This document shows positions 52,431-63,733 of a stretch of DNA of 64,000 bases, piece after piece (the stretch's first letter is position 1; the number at the start of each line of letters is the position of its first letter). Below the pieces are notes generated by a model. It saw nothing but the letters and a program-made list of their open reading frames with translations. It was not told the origin of the DNA and did not search any database. Source of the stretch: Antedon mediterranea (lineage: Eukaryota; Animalia; Echinodermata); the NCBI RefSeq assembly GCF_964355755.1, contig NC_092673.1, positions 34,965,648 through 35,029,647 of the forward strand, read 5' to 3'. The translations under genes and the position numbers were made by a program.

Positions 52431-55348
52431 TAGTACAAGAAGATTTAATTTGTTCTACATTAAATACAAGCTATTCTAAAAGGTGTTTTGTGTATGTTGG
52501 TGTGTTAGTGTGTTTATGTATGGTTAGTAGATAAATGAAACATTGTTAGTAAATTAAAGCAAAACATTTATAATGAGTTTACTGATTACCTTAATTATTA
52601 ATAAGCCATTAACTTGTATGTGAAGTGAAGGATGTTTGAAACCACAGCAGTAACTGAAAAATGAAAAAGCACATTTTAATAAACATTAGAAGTTGTCTAA
52701 AATAAAAGTTTTAATTTTGTATTTTATTTATATTACATTTCTAACAATTCTGACTGTTACATTACATTACACTTTTCTCACTTCATTTTAATTGTAAATG
52801 TATTTGCTTTGTATTGGCTTTAGAATTAATTTAAGACACCTGTTAAATTACATTTCATGGCATTGACTTGGGTGCTTTGTTGTATTTAATTGGGCTTAAA
52901 ATAGTTTAATAGTCATTTTGTTTTAACATGAATTAATGTGTATGAAAATCCCCATACAGATAAGTATACCATATTTTTCCTGCTCCTTCATCTTGTTATT
53001 TTCCTCTCTTCTAGATATATTTTTCTCCATTTGTACCATAATGTGTTTCACTGAAAAAAAAACTGAATACAGTCAACACCAACAGTATTTAATAGTTACT
53101 ATTTCATAACATCTCTTTTGCTACCATTATTTGGATTGAATTAATGTTTATTTATAGTTTTAAGGAGTAATTGTTATTTTCATATGTTGTTAGTCACATT
53201 AAACATAAGTTGAATAAGCTTGGGACTTAAAATACCTGAAGTTAAGTTGATTATTGAGTCATCAGAAATTGAGTAGTTGATTGAATACTCCAAACCGGAC
53301 ACTAAAACTAAAAATTAATTTGCTTTGTAAATCATAATAGGCCTAGTATGTTTAATTCGTGAATGTTAAAAATATTTGGGATGGATGCTTGATTTAATGC
53401 AGGGATTGTTCTAAGCTAGCTGTTAATGATGTAGAAGGGAAACCTACAGTACACCTTCTGTAAATGTCTAGGCTAGGCCTATGCTAGAAGTCAGATAGGC
53501 CCTAACATACATAATGTAGGTAGGGCCTAGAAAACTGTCAAAGCCTTTACTAGAGGTTCTAGCCTCGGCCTAGTCTAGTTTAAAGATGTAGGCTACATCT
53601 ACTGTAGGCCTAGGCAGGCTTCTAGCACTGAGTACTACCTCTAGGCCTAGCCTAGCCTAAGACAGGCTAGGTAGGAGTAGGCTAGGCCTACTAGCTAGGC
53701 CTAGTAGGCTTAGGCTTCCAGGCTAAAGCTGTAAATAATAGGCCATGCTTATTTCTAGACATAGGCCTAGTCAGTGCCTATCCTATGCCTAGATTCCAGA
53801 AAAGTTAGGTCTAGGCCTACTCTGTTTATGGACTTACAAACCTGTAAACAGACACTAGGGCCTAGGCCTAATGTAGACCGAGGCCTAAGCGGTAAGCCTA
53901 ATTAGGCCGCCTGGGCCGGGCGCAGAAGCCCCCCGGGCTGCACACAAGGTTTGGCATTTTATGTGCATCATAGACCTAAGGCCTAGGCCCCTAATTTACC
54001 TCTCATAGATTACCGCCAGAGAGTCAGATAACAACATTAAATATATAACATTGAACTATAACTATTTAAAAATCTATATTACAACAAAAATAAATAAAAA
54101 CTTACGGTAGGCCTATACCTGGTTTATCTATAGTTTGCTGTAGGCTGTCGATGCTGTTGGGCCTAGGATGCTGTGGTTCCAGTGAAAATGCTTAGGATTT
54201 TTAAATTTCGTGACATTTAATCGCCAATTTAATTGTTTTAAAACTATATAAATCAATAAAATCAACGTCTAGTGGATGCAGAATGTTTTAATGATTACAC
54301 ATATTAAAGGAATTTTTGTTTCTAAAATGTTAAACAAAATAAATCGTAATTTAATACAAGACCTGCCACAAGTCCTTAAATTTGAAACGTTTTCCAATTT
54401 TAAAATGATAACAAAATTCCGAAAAATTGTAATATATACTTTTAAAATAATCATTTGCTAACTAAATGATGACTAATAATGAAAATAAAGCTTTTCATTA
54501 TGTAAATTGCAATTTAATGATAATAAAGATATTTTAATAAGTCATTTTACATTTATAATATACTTTGAGTGAACGAGACAATTATATTTGAGTTCTAGCG
54601 ACCACAAAATCTAAAAAAAGTCGGTTTTTATTAAAAATATAAACACGCTTAAATTTAAAAAATCAAAATAGCAGATCGATAGTATGTTAAACATAGACTA
54701 ACATACCTAAAAATAGTTTGTTTTCGTAAAGTAACCACGTTGTAAAAGCATTTTAAAAATTAAGAAAATACGTAGCAAACGGCCAAAATGAGCAATATTT
54801 TTTTAATATCTCCGAATTTTTTTAGTTTTATAAACCCAAATTTGGCACACATAATCCAACAATATATATGAACACATTGTACAAAAATTACATTTATTGA
54901 GTAAATACGTTAAACGCAATGACTATTTGAGTTTTGGTACGTAGCAAAATGACATCCCAATTTTTCGCGAAAAAATTCAATATAGAATTATTTTTTTAAA
55001 GTAACTTAAAATTAAGATAAATCGATGAAATTTCGTATACACGTTCTTTATATGATCTTCTATCGTATACAACAAAGAAATTTCAAATCGGATAAGTAAC
55101 AAAAAAATTAGAAGTTCAAGACGGTTTAGGTTGGTTGTTGTCAAATCAGGCCTATCAAAACTACTACCCGATAAGTAGGCATGATTCAGAAACCAATATT
55201 TCAAAAAGTGCGTGATAAGAAAATATAAGCTGATGATAGGGTAAACTCTATTAAATTGTCTTTATAAATGTTGTTATCCGATCAAATTTCGATCATTTTT
55301 ACAAAAGTTATCGTAATTTAAAAATTTAAATTCTCAAGACGCTTTTGG

Positions 55349-55385
55349 CGACATGTTTCGGGCATAGCCCATCATCAGGTGAAGA
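55349..55385 (-). ncRNA. Minimal hammerhead ribozyme core in the inverted pLTR arm
   Basis: The minus strand reads CUGAUGA-U-GGGC-UAU-GCCC-GAAAC-AU-GUC, the known PLE minimal type-I hammerhead layout. The helix I 3' strand is missing. Confidence 0.75.
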
Positions 55386-55931
55386 GAATTGTAACAAAGG
55401 ATAACATATATAAGTCACAAAATTACATAATAAAACAAATCAGCCAATCAAAGATGTTAACAAACAAAAGGCATAGTTATAAAGGCACGCCTCCAAAAGC
55501 TATGGGGTACAAAGCAGAAATGGTTGCTTATAAAGCAGGAAATTTAAAACAAAGAAAAAAGCTTCAAGTGTAAATAATTGTTAATATGTGAATGTCTCTG
55601 TACATTTATGCCGGTAGGGGCAAGAGTGCCAAGCTTTACAATTATTCTTTCTTCTATAATTCTACGAGATGTCTCAGAACCATTACATACCTTAACACCA
55701 GAAATTGTAATATCCGAAAGGGAATGCTCGTTATTACAAAAATGGGTGGCTACAGGTAATCCGGGAGTCTTTAGTTTAATAGACCTTAAATGTTCTACAA
55801 ACCTATCACCTAACCTGCGTTTAGTTTCACCAATATAAAGCATATTACATTTAGTACACGAAATACAATAAACTAGATTTCTAGTGGTGCACGTAATACG
55901 ATCTGTGATAACATAATTACCAGAAGGTCCT

Positions 55932-56371
55932 TGTCATATTATTTATGTTGTGATTCTCTGTGTTTAGATAAGGATGCTTTAGACCAGGTCCGCCTTATAT
56001 TATTAGCCAATCAAAATCGTATAATTTTTGGAGGGAAAATGTTATCCTCCTCTGAAGCCTAAAATTTGCATGTCCAGTATAAAAGTGGAATGTAATAGAT
56101 ATAAGGAGGAGAAGAGAGAATAAGATCAAAGTAGATGTACGGAAAGGAGAAGAGAGAATAAGATCAGAGTAGATAAACGGAAAGATGATAAAGAAAATAA
56201 GGCTTGACTGGTAGTGGTAGTAAGATGTATTAATAGAGTTACAAGGAATAAAAGTTCTAGTTGAGTTAAATATACTTTTTGTATGAGTTATCATTCAGTG
56301 ACAGTGTACGTCGCGTGGAGTTATATCTACGCCTGAGAAAGCTCGGAACCATCTAAAATATATTCACTACA
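55932..56371 (+). mobile_element. Solo LTR of the same Gypsy family as 30141-33480, opposite orientation, inserted in the Penelope inverted arm
   Basis: TGTCATATT...CACTACA is the reverse complement of the LTR. 5-bp TSD GTCCT (55927-55931 and 56372-56376). It carries an extra internal tandem duplication. Confidence 0.95.
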
Positions 56372-57782
56372 GTCCTACTATTTGGTTTGAACATGAAACG
56401 TAATTACATGTCGAACATCTATTTCTATTACATTTGAATGTTCCAGTTAATTCATTACCTTTGTTTTGTAATTTAAGAAACCAGATTTATTCAAACGGTA
56501 TATTGATGATTGTGTTGGTATTATGTCAGGAACTTTAGATGAACTTAATGAGTTCATTAACTTCGTGAACAATTTTCATCCTGCTATAAAGTTTACTCAT
56601 GAAATTTCTGACAAGTGTGTGCCTTTCCTTGATATTAGTTTATCTATTGATAAACCTGGTCTTTCTACATCCGTTCACTACAAAGATACTGACGCGCACA
56701 CTAATCTAAATTACAACTCTTCACATCCTCCAGCTTGTAAAAATGCTATACCGTATTCGCAACTTGTTAGACTTCGACGTTTATGTAGCGATGATGATGA
56801 CTTTAACATCAAAGCATCTGAGATGATTGATTTTTTCAATGCACGCGAATATCCATCTGACATTACTGTGAAATCTCTAAGAAAAGTTTGCCAGTTAACG
56901 CACGAGGACACATTGCAACCTACACATAATACAAATGTTGTAACCGCATACCTCTAGTACTCACGTATCATCCTATGAATAAGAAGGTTATTAACATTGT
57001 CCGTGATAACTTTTCAATTTTGACTGAAGATAAATCCGCTACAAAAGATATTTTTTAAGAACCACCCATGATAGCTTACATGGGTTAAAGACACTTTAGT
57101 TAAATCTAAATTACAAAACAAAGGTAATGAATTAACTGGAACATTCAAATGTAATAGAAATAGATGTTCGACATGTAATTACGTTTCATGTTCAAACCAA
57201 ATAGTAGGACCTTCTGGTAATTATGTTATCACAGATCGTATTACGTGCACCACTAGAAATCTAGTTTATTGTATTTCGTGTACTAAATGTAATATGCTTT
57301 ATATTGGTGAAACTAAACGCAGGTTAGGTGATAGGTTTGTAGAACATTTAAGGTCTATTAAACTAAAGACTCCCGGATTACCTGTAGCCACCCATTTTTG
57401 TAATAACGAGCATTCCCTTTCGGATATTACAATTTCTGGTGTTAAGGTATGTAATGGTTCTGAGACATCTCATAGAATTATAGAAGAAAGAATAATTGTA
57501 AAGCTTGGCACTCTTGCCCCTACCGGCATAAATGTACAATTTAGATCTTTTAAACATTAATTTTGCCAGAGACATTCACATATTAACAATTATTTACACT
57601 TGAAGCTTTTTTCTTTGTTTTAAATTTCCTGCTTTATAAGCAACCATTTCTGCTTTGTACCCCATAGCTTTTGGAGGCGAGCCTTTATAACTATGCCTTT
57701 TGTTTGTTAACATCTTTGATTGGCTGATTTGTTTTATTATGTAATTTTGTGACTTATATATGTTATCCTTAGTTACAATTCT

Positions 57783-57823
57783 CTTCACCTGATGATAGGC
57801 TATGCCCGAAACATGTCGTAAAA
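57783..57823 (+). ncRNA. Minimal hammerhead ribozyme in the Penelope pLTR
   Basis: CUGAUGA-U-AGGC-UAU-GCCC-GAAAC-AU-GUC, with one helix II mismatch and a weak helix I. Confidence 0.7.
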
Positions 57824-58125
57824 ATAAATCTATATTGAGGCAGTTTTAACTTATTTGATCTTGATTTTTTTCTATATCCTGCCTATGCAGCTCTTTGATT
57901 TATATATATATATATATATATAATGTTCTTTGCCTCTTGTGTTTATATATATAAAAGTATCTCTTTGGAGATCCCGCCTCGTGAATAAAAATACTGAAAG
58001 GTGAGGGCGTATCAATTTGATCTCTGTTGCGCGTGCGTACAACTGAGGACTAGTGCTGTTCCGCCGTACCACGCCAAGAATGTTAAAGAGTCGTTATCCA
58101 ATCGAGTTCGAACAATACCATGAAA

Positions 58126-58197
58126 GCCCCAGTGGTCTAATGGTTAGGACATCTGCATATCAAGCAGGCGGTCCGAGTTCGAGTCTCGGTTGGGGCG
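58126..58197 (+). tRNA. tRNA-Asp(ATC)-like cloverleaf, repeat-borne
   Basis: GCCCCAG/TTGGGGC acceptor, GTCT/GGAC D stem, TCTGC-ATATCAA-GCAGG anticodon arm, CCGAG-TTCGAGT-CTCGG T arm, G73, then a T5 terminator. A32 and A34 are atypical. Confidence 0.65.
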
Positions 58198-58392
58198 ACT
58201 TTTTCTCATTCTCACAGATTTCCTCATCTTTATCGTTTCAAATTAATTAATTAAATTTCAGTATATCACCGGGCGGTTTAGAATTAATGTTCTTTGCCTC
58301 TTGTGTTTATATATATATATATATATAAATCAAAGAGCTGCATAGGCAGGATATAGAAAAAAATCAAGATCTATATATATATATATATATAT

Positions 58393-58740
58393 AAATCCAA
58401 AGACAAATTACCGAAAAAAATGACAATGCTGTGGGTATCATTGGCTGGATCTCAATGGAGATACAAAAATAAAAAGCGAAAAGCTAAATCAAAACGATAA
58501 AGTAAACAGCCAGAAAAGTTAGCAGAGCTTTCGGGCAACACTAGCCCTTCATCAGTGCAAGTAAAGGAATTTGGATAATGTCATAGTATAAAGCTGGCAA
58601 GTGCTGCCTGGGTGGACAGGAATAAAAGAAATATGACAAAGGGGGCCAGGGTGGAGTCTGAATACGAGTAGAAAACAAAGAAGGTAGCTTGGTAGAGATA
58701 TAAACAATTTTGTAATGAGACTAAAAAAACAGCTTAAATG
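58393..58740 (-). mobile_element. 3' pLTR fragment of a second Penelope-like family
   Basis: Contains a minimal hammerhead, and its 3' end abuts (TA)n at 58372-58392. Confidence 0.6.
58521..58559 (-). ncRNA. Minimal hammerhead ribozyme
   Basis: The minus strand reads GCA-CUGAUGA-A-GGGC-UAGUGUU-GCCC-GAAAGCUC-UGC: helix I GCA/UGC, palindromic AGCU helix III, CUC cleavage triplet. Confidence 0.8.
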
Positions 58741-59086
58741 GTGGTGACCAGTGGTCTAATGGTTAGGACATCTGCATATCAAGCAGGCGGTCCGAGTTCG
58801 AGTCTCGGTTGGGGCGACTTTTTCTCATTCTCACAGATTTCCTCATCTTTATCGTTTTAAATTATATATTTATATATATATATATGTTCTGTGCCTGATT
58901 TGTTTATATATATAAAAGTATCTCTTCTGAGATCCCGCCTCGTGAATAAAAATACTGTAAGATTAGGGCGTATCAATTTGATCTCTGGTGCGCGTGCGTA
59001 CAACTGAGGACTAGTGCTGTTCCGCTGTACCACGCCGAGAATGTTAAAGAGTCGCTATCCAATCGAGTTCGAACAATACCATGAAA

Positions 59087-59158
59087 GCCCCAGTGGTCTA
59101 ATGGTTAGGACATCTGCATATCAAGCAGGCGGTCCGAGTTCGAGTCTCGGTTGGGGCG
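59087..59158 (+). tRNA. tRNA-Asp(ATC)-like cloverleaf, repeat-borne (identical to 58126-58197)
   Basis: Same 72-nt sequence followed by a T-run. Confidence 0.65.
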
Positions 59159-59344
59159 ACTTTTTCTCATTCTCACAGATTTCCTCATCTTTATCGTTTC
59201 AAATTAATTAATTAAATTTCAGTATATCACCGGGCGGTTTAGAATTAATGTTCTGTGCCTGATTTGTTTATATATATATATATATATATAAATATATAAT
59301 TTGAAACGATAAAGATGAGGAAATCTGTGAGAATGAGAAAAAGT

Positions 59345-59416
59345 CTCCCCAACCGAGACTCGAACTCGGACCGCCTGCTTGATATGCAGATGTCCTAACC
59401 ATTAGACCACTGGGAC
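59345..59416 (-). pseudogene. tRNA-Asp(ATC)-like copy with acceptor-stem mismatches
   Basis: The minus strand reads GTCCCAG...TTGGGGAG. Confidence 0.6.
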
Positions 59417-59992
59417 TTTCATGGTATTGTTCGAACTCGATTGGATAGCGGCTCTTTAACATTCTCGGCGTGGTGTACGGCGGAACAGCACTAGTCCTCA
59501 GTTGTACGCACCCGTGATTTATATAAATATATATATATATATATATATAGCCATAGTGCCTTGATACTTTAAATCATACAGCCAATAGTTATATCTTTCT
59601 TGCACATTCGATAATGTGTTAAGAATGGCAATTTCTTTTAGACCAATTTCTTTGATTGGTAATCTTAGTTTAACGTCATGTATATGTACAGTATTCAAGT
59701 CGCAGACAGGTCAAAGGTTATGAATATAAAATAAATTAATTGTAACCTAGTTAATAATACAAAACGATCAATTGGGTGTACTGTAAACATTATCCCCTAC
59801 AGTAGAAAACAAATAATTTAAAGAAAAATAAGTTATTTTTATGTTACTAAACAAGGCTATCAAACAACTCGACTTGCCAAGATAAGCTAGTATAACAGAC
59901 TTTAATTTTTTGTTTGGCTTCAACGAATTCATGCATACCATACATTGTGTTGTGTTTATTGCTATTTAATTGTATTTTGGTACCTTAAAAGT

Positions 59993-61594
59993 TACGGTGG
60001 CCCACAACTGTCACGCACACTATAAAACACAGAATCACACAAATAAAGAAGGAATTACACAATTAAAGAAGGAATCACACAATTAAAGAAGAAATCGCAC
60101 AATTAAAGAAGAAATCGCATATAAACAAAAGAAAGCATGAAAATATAAAACGAAATGCACAAATAAAGAAGAAACGCGCAAATAAAGAAGAGCTAAGCAC
60201 AATTAAAGAAGTCCGCAACAAATTCGAAAGCTCCTCGCACAATTAAAGAAGTCCGCAACAAATTCGAAAGCTCCTCGCACAATTAAAGAAGTCCGCAACA
60301 AATTCGAAAGTACCTCGCACAATTAAAGTACAGTAATCCGTATGGAACGCCATCGCTGCCTCCGGCAGCAAACTTTAATTCTATTCGACTCTTTTACCAT
60401 TACGTTCGGCTCTTTTAGCATTCGGCGCATTTCTATTCGGCCCATTTACCATTACGTTCGGCTCTTTCAGCATTCGGCACATTTCTATTTGGCCCATTTA
60501 CCATTACGTTCAGCTCTTTCAGCATTCGGCTCTTTTTTATTCGGCCTATTTACCATACGCTCGGCTCTTTTTAATTCGGCCCTTTTTTATTCGGCTCTTT
60601 CTGCATTACGTTCGGCTCTTTTTGATTTGGCCCTTTTTTATACGGCGCAACTAAATTCTAACCTTTTACATGGGGTCAAATGGAAGAAGATCAATATGGT
60701 GGGAAAATTGCAAGTTCTCTAACACATTAATCATGTCAATAAAATGATTAGTCATATTGAAATAGCCTTCAAACTCATTTAATTCAACCAACCAAACACT
60801 CTACATGCTGCATCTATATGTTTTATAAACTTTTCATAGACTCATTTCCAGCCGTTGATTTTCTTCCATTTGACCCCATGTGAAAGGTGAGAATTTAATT
60901 GCGCCGTATAAAAAGGGCCAAATCAAAAAGAGCCGAACGTAATGCAGAAAGAGCCGAATAAAAAAGGGCCGAATTAAAAAGAGCCGAACGTAATGGTAAA
61001 TGGGCCGGAAAAAAAAGAGCCGAATGCTGAAAGAGCCGAACGTAATGATAAATGGGCCGAATAAAAAAGAGCTGAATGCTGAAAGAGCCGAACGTAATGG
61101 TAAATGGGCCGAATAGAAATGCGCTGAATGCTAAAAGAGCCGAACGTAATAGTAAAAGAGCCGAATAGAATTAAAATTTGCTGCCGGCGGCAGCTATGGC
61201 GTTCCATACTGACTACTGTACTTTAATTGTGCGAGGTACTTTCGAATTTGTTGCGGACTTCTTTAATTGTGCGAGGAGCTTTCGAATTTGTTGCGGACTT
61301 CTTTAATTGTGCGAGGAGCTTTCGAATTTGTTGTGGACTTCTTTAATTGTGCGAGGAGCTTTCGAATTTGTTGCGGACTTCTTTAATTGTGCTTAGCTCT
61401 TCTTTAATTGCGCGTTTCTTTTTTATTTGTGCATTTCGTTTTATATTTTCATGCTTTCTTTTGTTTATATGCGATTTCTTCTTTAATTGTGCGATTTCTT
61501 TTTTAATTGTGTGATTCCTTCTTTAATTGTGTAATTCCTTCTTTAATTGTGTGATTCTGTGTTATAATGTGCGTGACAGTTGTGGGCCACCGTA
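59993..61594. mobile_element. 1.6-kb palindromic non-autonomous DNA transposon, IS3EU-like
   Basis: TACGGTGGCCC...GGGCCACCGTA termini (TAY...RTA) and a 6-bp TSD AAAAGT (59987-59992 and 61595-61600). Inverted arms of ~720-750 bp with internal repeats and a ~130-bp spacer. Confidence 0.85.
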
Positions 61595-61823
61595 AAAAGT
61601 CACATTCGATCCTAGTGAAATTTTGTGGAAGCCAATTGACCACTGGCAAATCAATAGTAAATCATAATAGTATTTCCTCCAAACCAAACGTTTGATCCAG
61701 CAATTTAAGTCTGGTTCTTTACAAGTTTTGTTTAACTCTTTACTGTGGATGACAATTAATCCACTGACTATTATTTGTATATTTTAAAATTTAAATAGTG
61801 TTTTACTCATTTTCACATTATAG

Positions 61824-62357
61824 AAATGTCAGTCGAGGATTATAACCAACTGTTGATTGATACAGCAGAATGGTATGATCAGCTTGGATACCTCACACCC
61901 TTGAAATTATTATATAAAGACCATCTGACAAAATCTAACACAGGTATATCTAGAGCTAAAAGTGTCAAGGATCTACTACAGGATTTAACAGCCTCTGGGA
62001 AATTGAGTTTATCAAATCTTACTATTCTGTATGACACAGTAAAAATAACCAAGCAATTTGGCTTTAAGTCAACAGTTAAAAATCAACCTCCAGAAGGTAT
62101 TGAAAAACATGTTGTATGGATGCTGACATCTTCCAGACAAAAGATTTTTAAGTTAGGATTAGAACTTAAAGAGAATGATGTATCCACATTAGATTCTTTA
62201 TACAACAATCCACCAAAGAAATATCAAGACAGCTGGAGTTTGATTGAAGATTTTGAAGACAGAGAGATCATTGATAAGGATTTTAAAAAAATGGATAAAT
62301 TTCTTAAAATTTTGGACAAAAATAGAATGACAGGAGCGAAGAGGATTTTCTTTGATG
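61824..62357 (+). CDS. NLR gene 2 exon 6: tandem DED-like pair, paralog of exon 5
   Basis: tAG|AAATGTCA...GATG|GTTGGT, 534 nt, phase 1-1. Colinear with exon 5 and roughly 70% identical in amino acids by eye. Confidence 0.78.
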
Positions 62358-63417
62358 GTTGGTGTATTATGTTTTCAAATTTTCATTCAAATATATAAAT
62401 TTCCTAAAAAGTACGCTCTTATACATAACTTGGCCAATAATAAATCAACAATAAATTAAGTCATGATGGTTTATTTTTTATTGAATACATAATTAAATGG
62501 CAGATCATTGAAGCAGATTCAAAATGCCTTTGATTGTTTATTGATTGCCTTGAATAGTTATATGAATTAGCCTAAGAAATACAAAAGTTCCACACTCTTG
62601 GATATTTAAACATAACATTTTTATATTTAACGTGTTTGTAAATAATGATAGTAAATTTGGTTTTTAGGTAAATTATTACTAAAAACTAACTTTTTTTGGG
62701 AAAATATGTATGCTTGTAGTTTCCTTTCTATTTTACTATATTAATTATATATAGAAATATAGAGAAAATACACGGATGTGTCCGGCCGTGGATAGTTTCT
62801 TTACTTTGGTTAATAAGCATTTTATTACGATTTTAAATTCACGCTTTCAATCAAGAACCGTCAGTATAAAATGTCGTTATAATATTTTATTTCATTTTGT
62901 TTATTATTGTTTACCATTTTTAGCCAAATTTCCCCCTACTCAATTAGAAAATGGTCCCAATTATATATTATGGCCCTGATTATTTTATTTACTGTAACAA
63001 ATTTGTTTAATAGTTAAGTCTGAAATGTTAATTTTCATTATTCATAAATGCCAGGATGTCTTTTACGAATTGCTAAAACTTTTTTGTGTAAATTTGAAAG
63101 TTAAAAGAAACCAACATGGCAATTCAGAGTCAAACTATTTTTAGAAGAAGTTGATTATTACTAGATTTTGCAATAAAGAATATCATTAAAATGCATTTAA
63201 AAATGCTAATAATAGCAAAATCTTTCCGATAGTGGAGACCATGACCATACATGACAGAATGCCCTTGACTGCCACCTGATTCCCCCATTGTCCTGAATAA
63301 GAATTATTGAATTTTGTCACAAAAATAATACACACTCTCCAGTGTGATATTCTAAAAAACTAATATTGATTAATTAATTTAGATGTGTACCTGTATATTA
63401 TTTTTCTTTTAACTTAG

Positions 63418-63489
63418 AGTGGGAATTGAATAAAAGAATAATGTCTTCTTCTTTTAACTGGAAACAAAAACTATCACCAACAGATAAAG
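63418..63489 (+). CDS. NLR gene 2 candidate linker exon 7
   Basis: Polypyrimidine tract then ttAG|AGTGGGAA...GATAAAG|GTATAA, 72 nt, phase 1-1, open frame. Confidence 0.5.
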
Positions 63490-63733
63490 GTATAAACAAC
63501 AAGATTTTTAAGAAAATTAAATTTGATATCAAGAACGTATTTCAAAAAATTACTTTTCTTATTATATTGAAAGTTATGAAAGAACCAGGAATAAAAGGAA
63601 TTTTGCTTTAGGCCTTGGATTGAAGCTAATGTTTCAATTATTTAAAATTTTGATATATAAATACATTTTTTTTTCATTGAAACACTATTACTATTAATAT
63701 TCTTTTACTAATTGATGAGATTTTATTTAACAG

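Larger units (their letters stand above)
55349..57901 (+). mobile_element. 5'-truncated Penelope-like element (Neptune-like) with an inverted copy of its 3' part at the 5' side
   Basis: RT C-terminal half KRYIDDC...PFLD..VHYKDT (56476-~56950, frameshifted), Cys linker CNRNRCSTC, and GIY-YIG endonuclease LVYCISC..C..LYIGET..L..RF.EH (to 57560). Segment 55349-56475 (minus the solo LTR) is the reverse complement of ~57107-57818. The 3' end abuts (TA)n. Confidence 0.92.
57921..59512. mobile_element. Cluster of four copies of a ~390-bp tRNA-containing repeat (57921-58310 +, 58748-58862 +, 58883-59268 +, 59290-59512 -), bounded by (TA)n
   Basis: Near-identical copies read directly. Full copies have ~25-30-nt terminal direct repeats. 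Confidence 0.85.

Noticed and set aside
58040-58130. CTGAGGA...GAAA resembling a hammerhead core just upstream of the tRNA
   Set aside because: No convincing helix III/UH triplet or helix I could be built, so it was not called a ribozyme.
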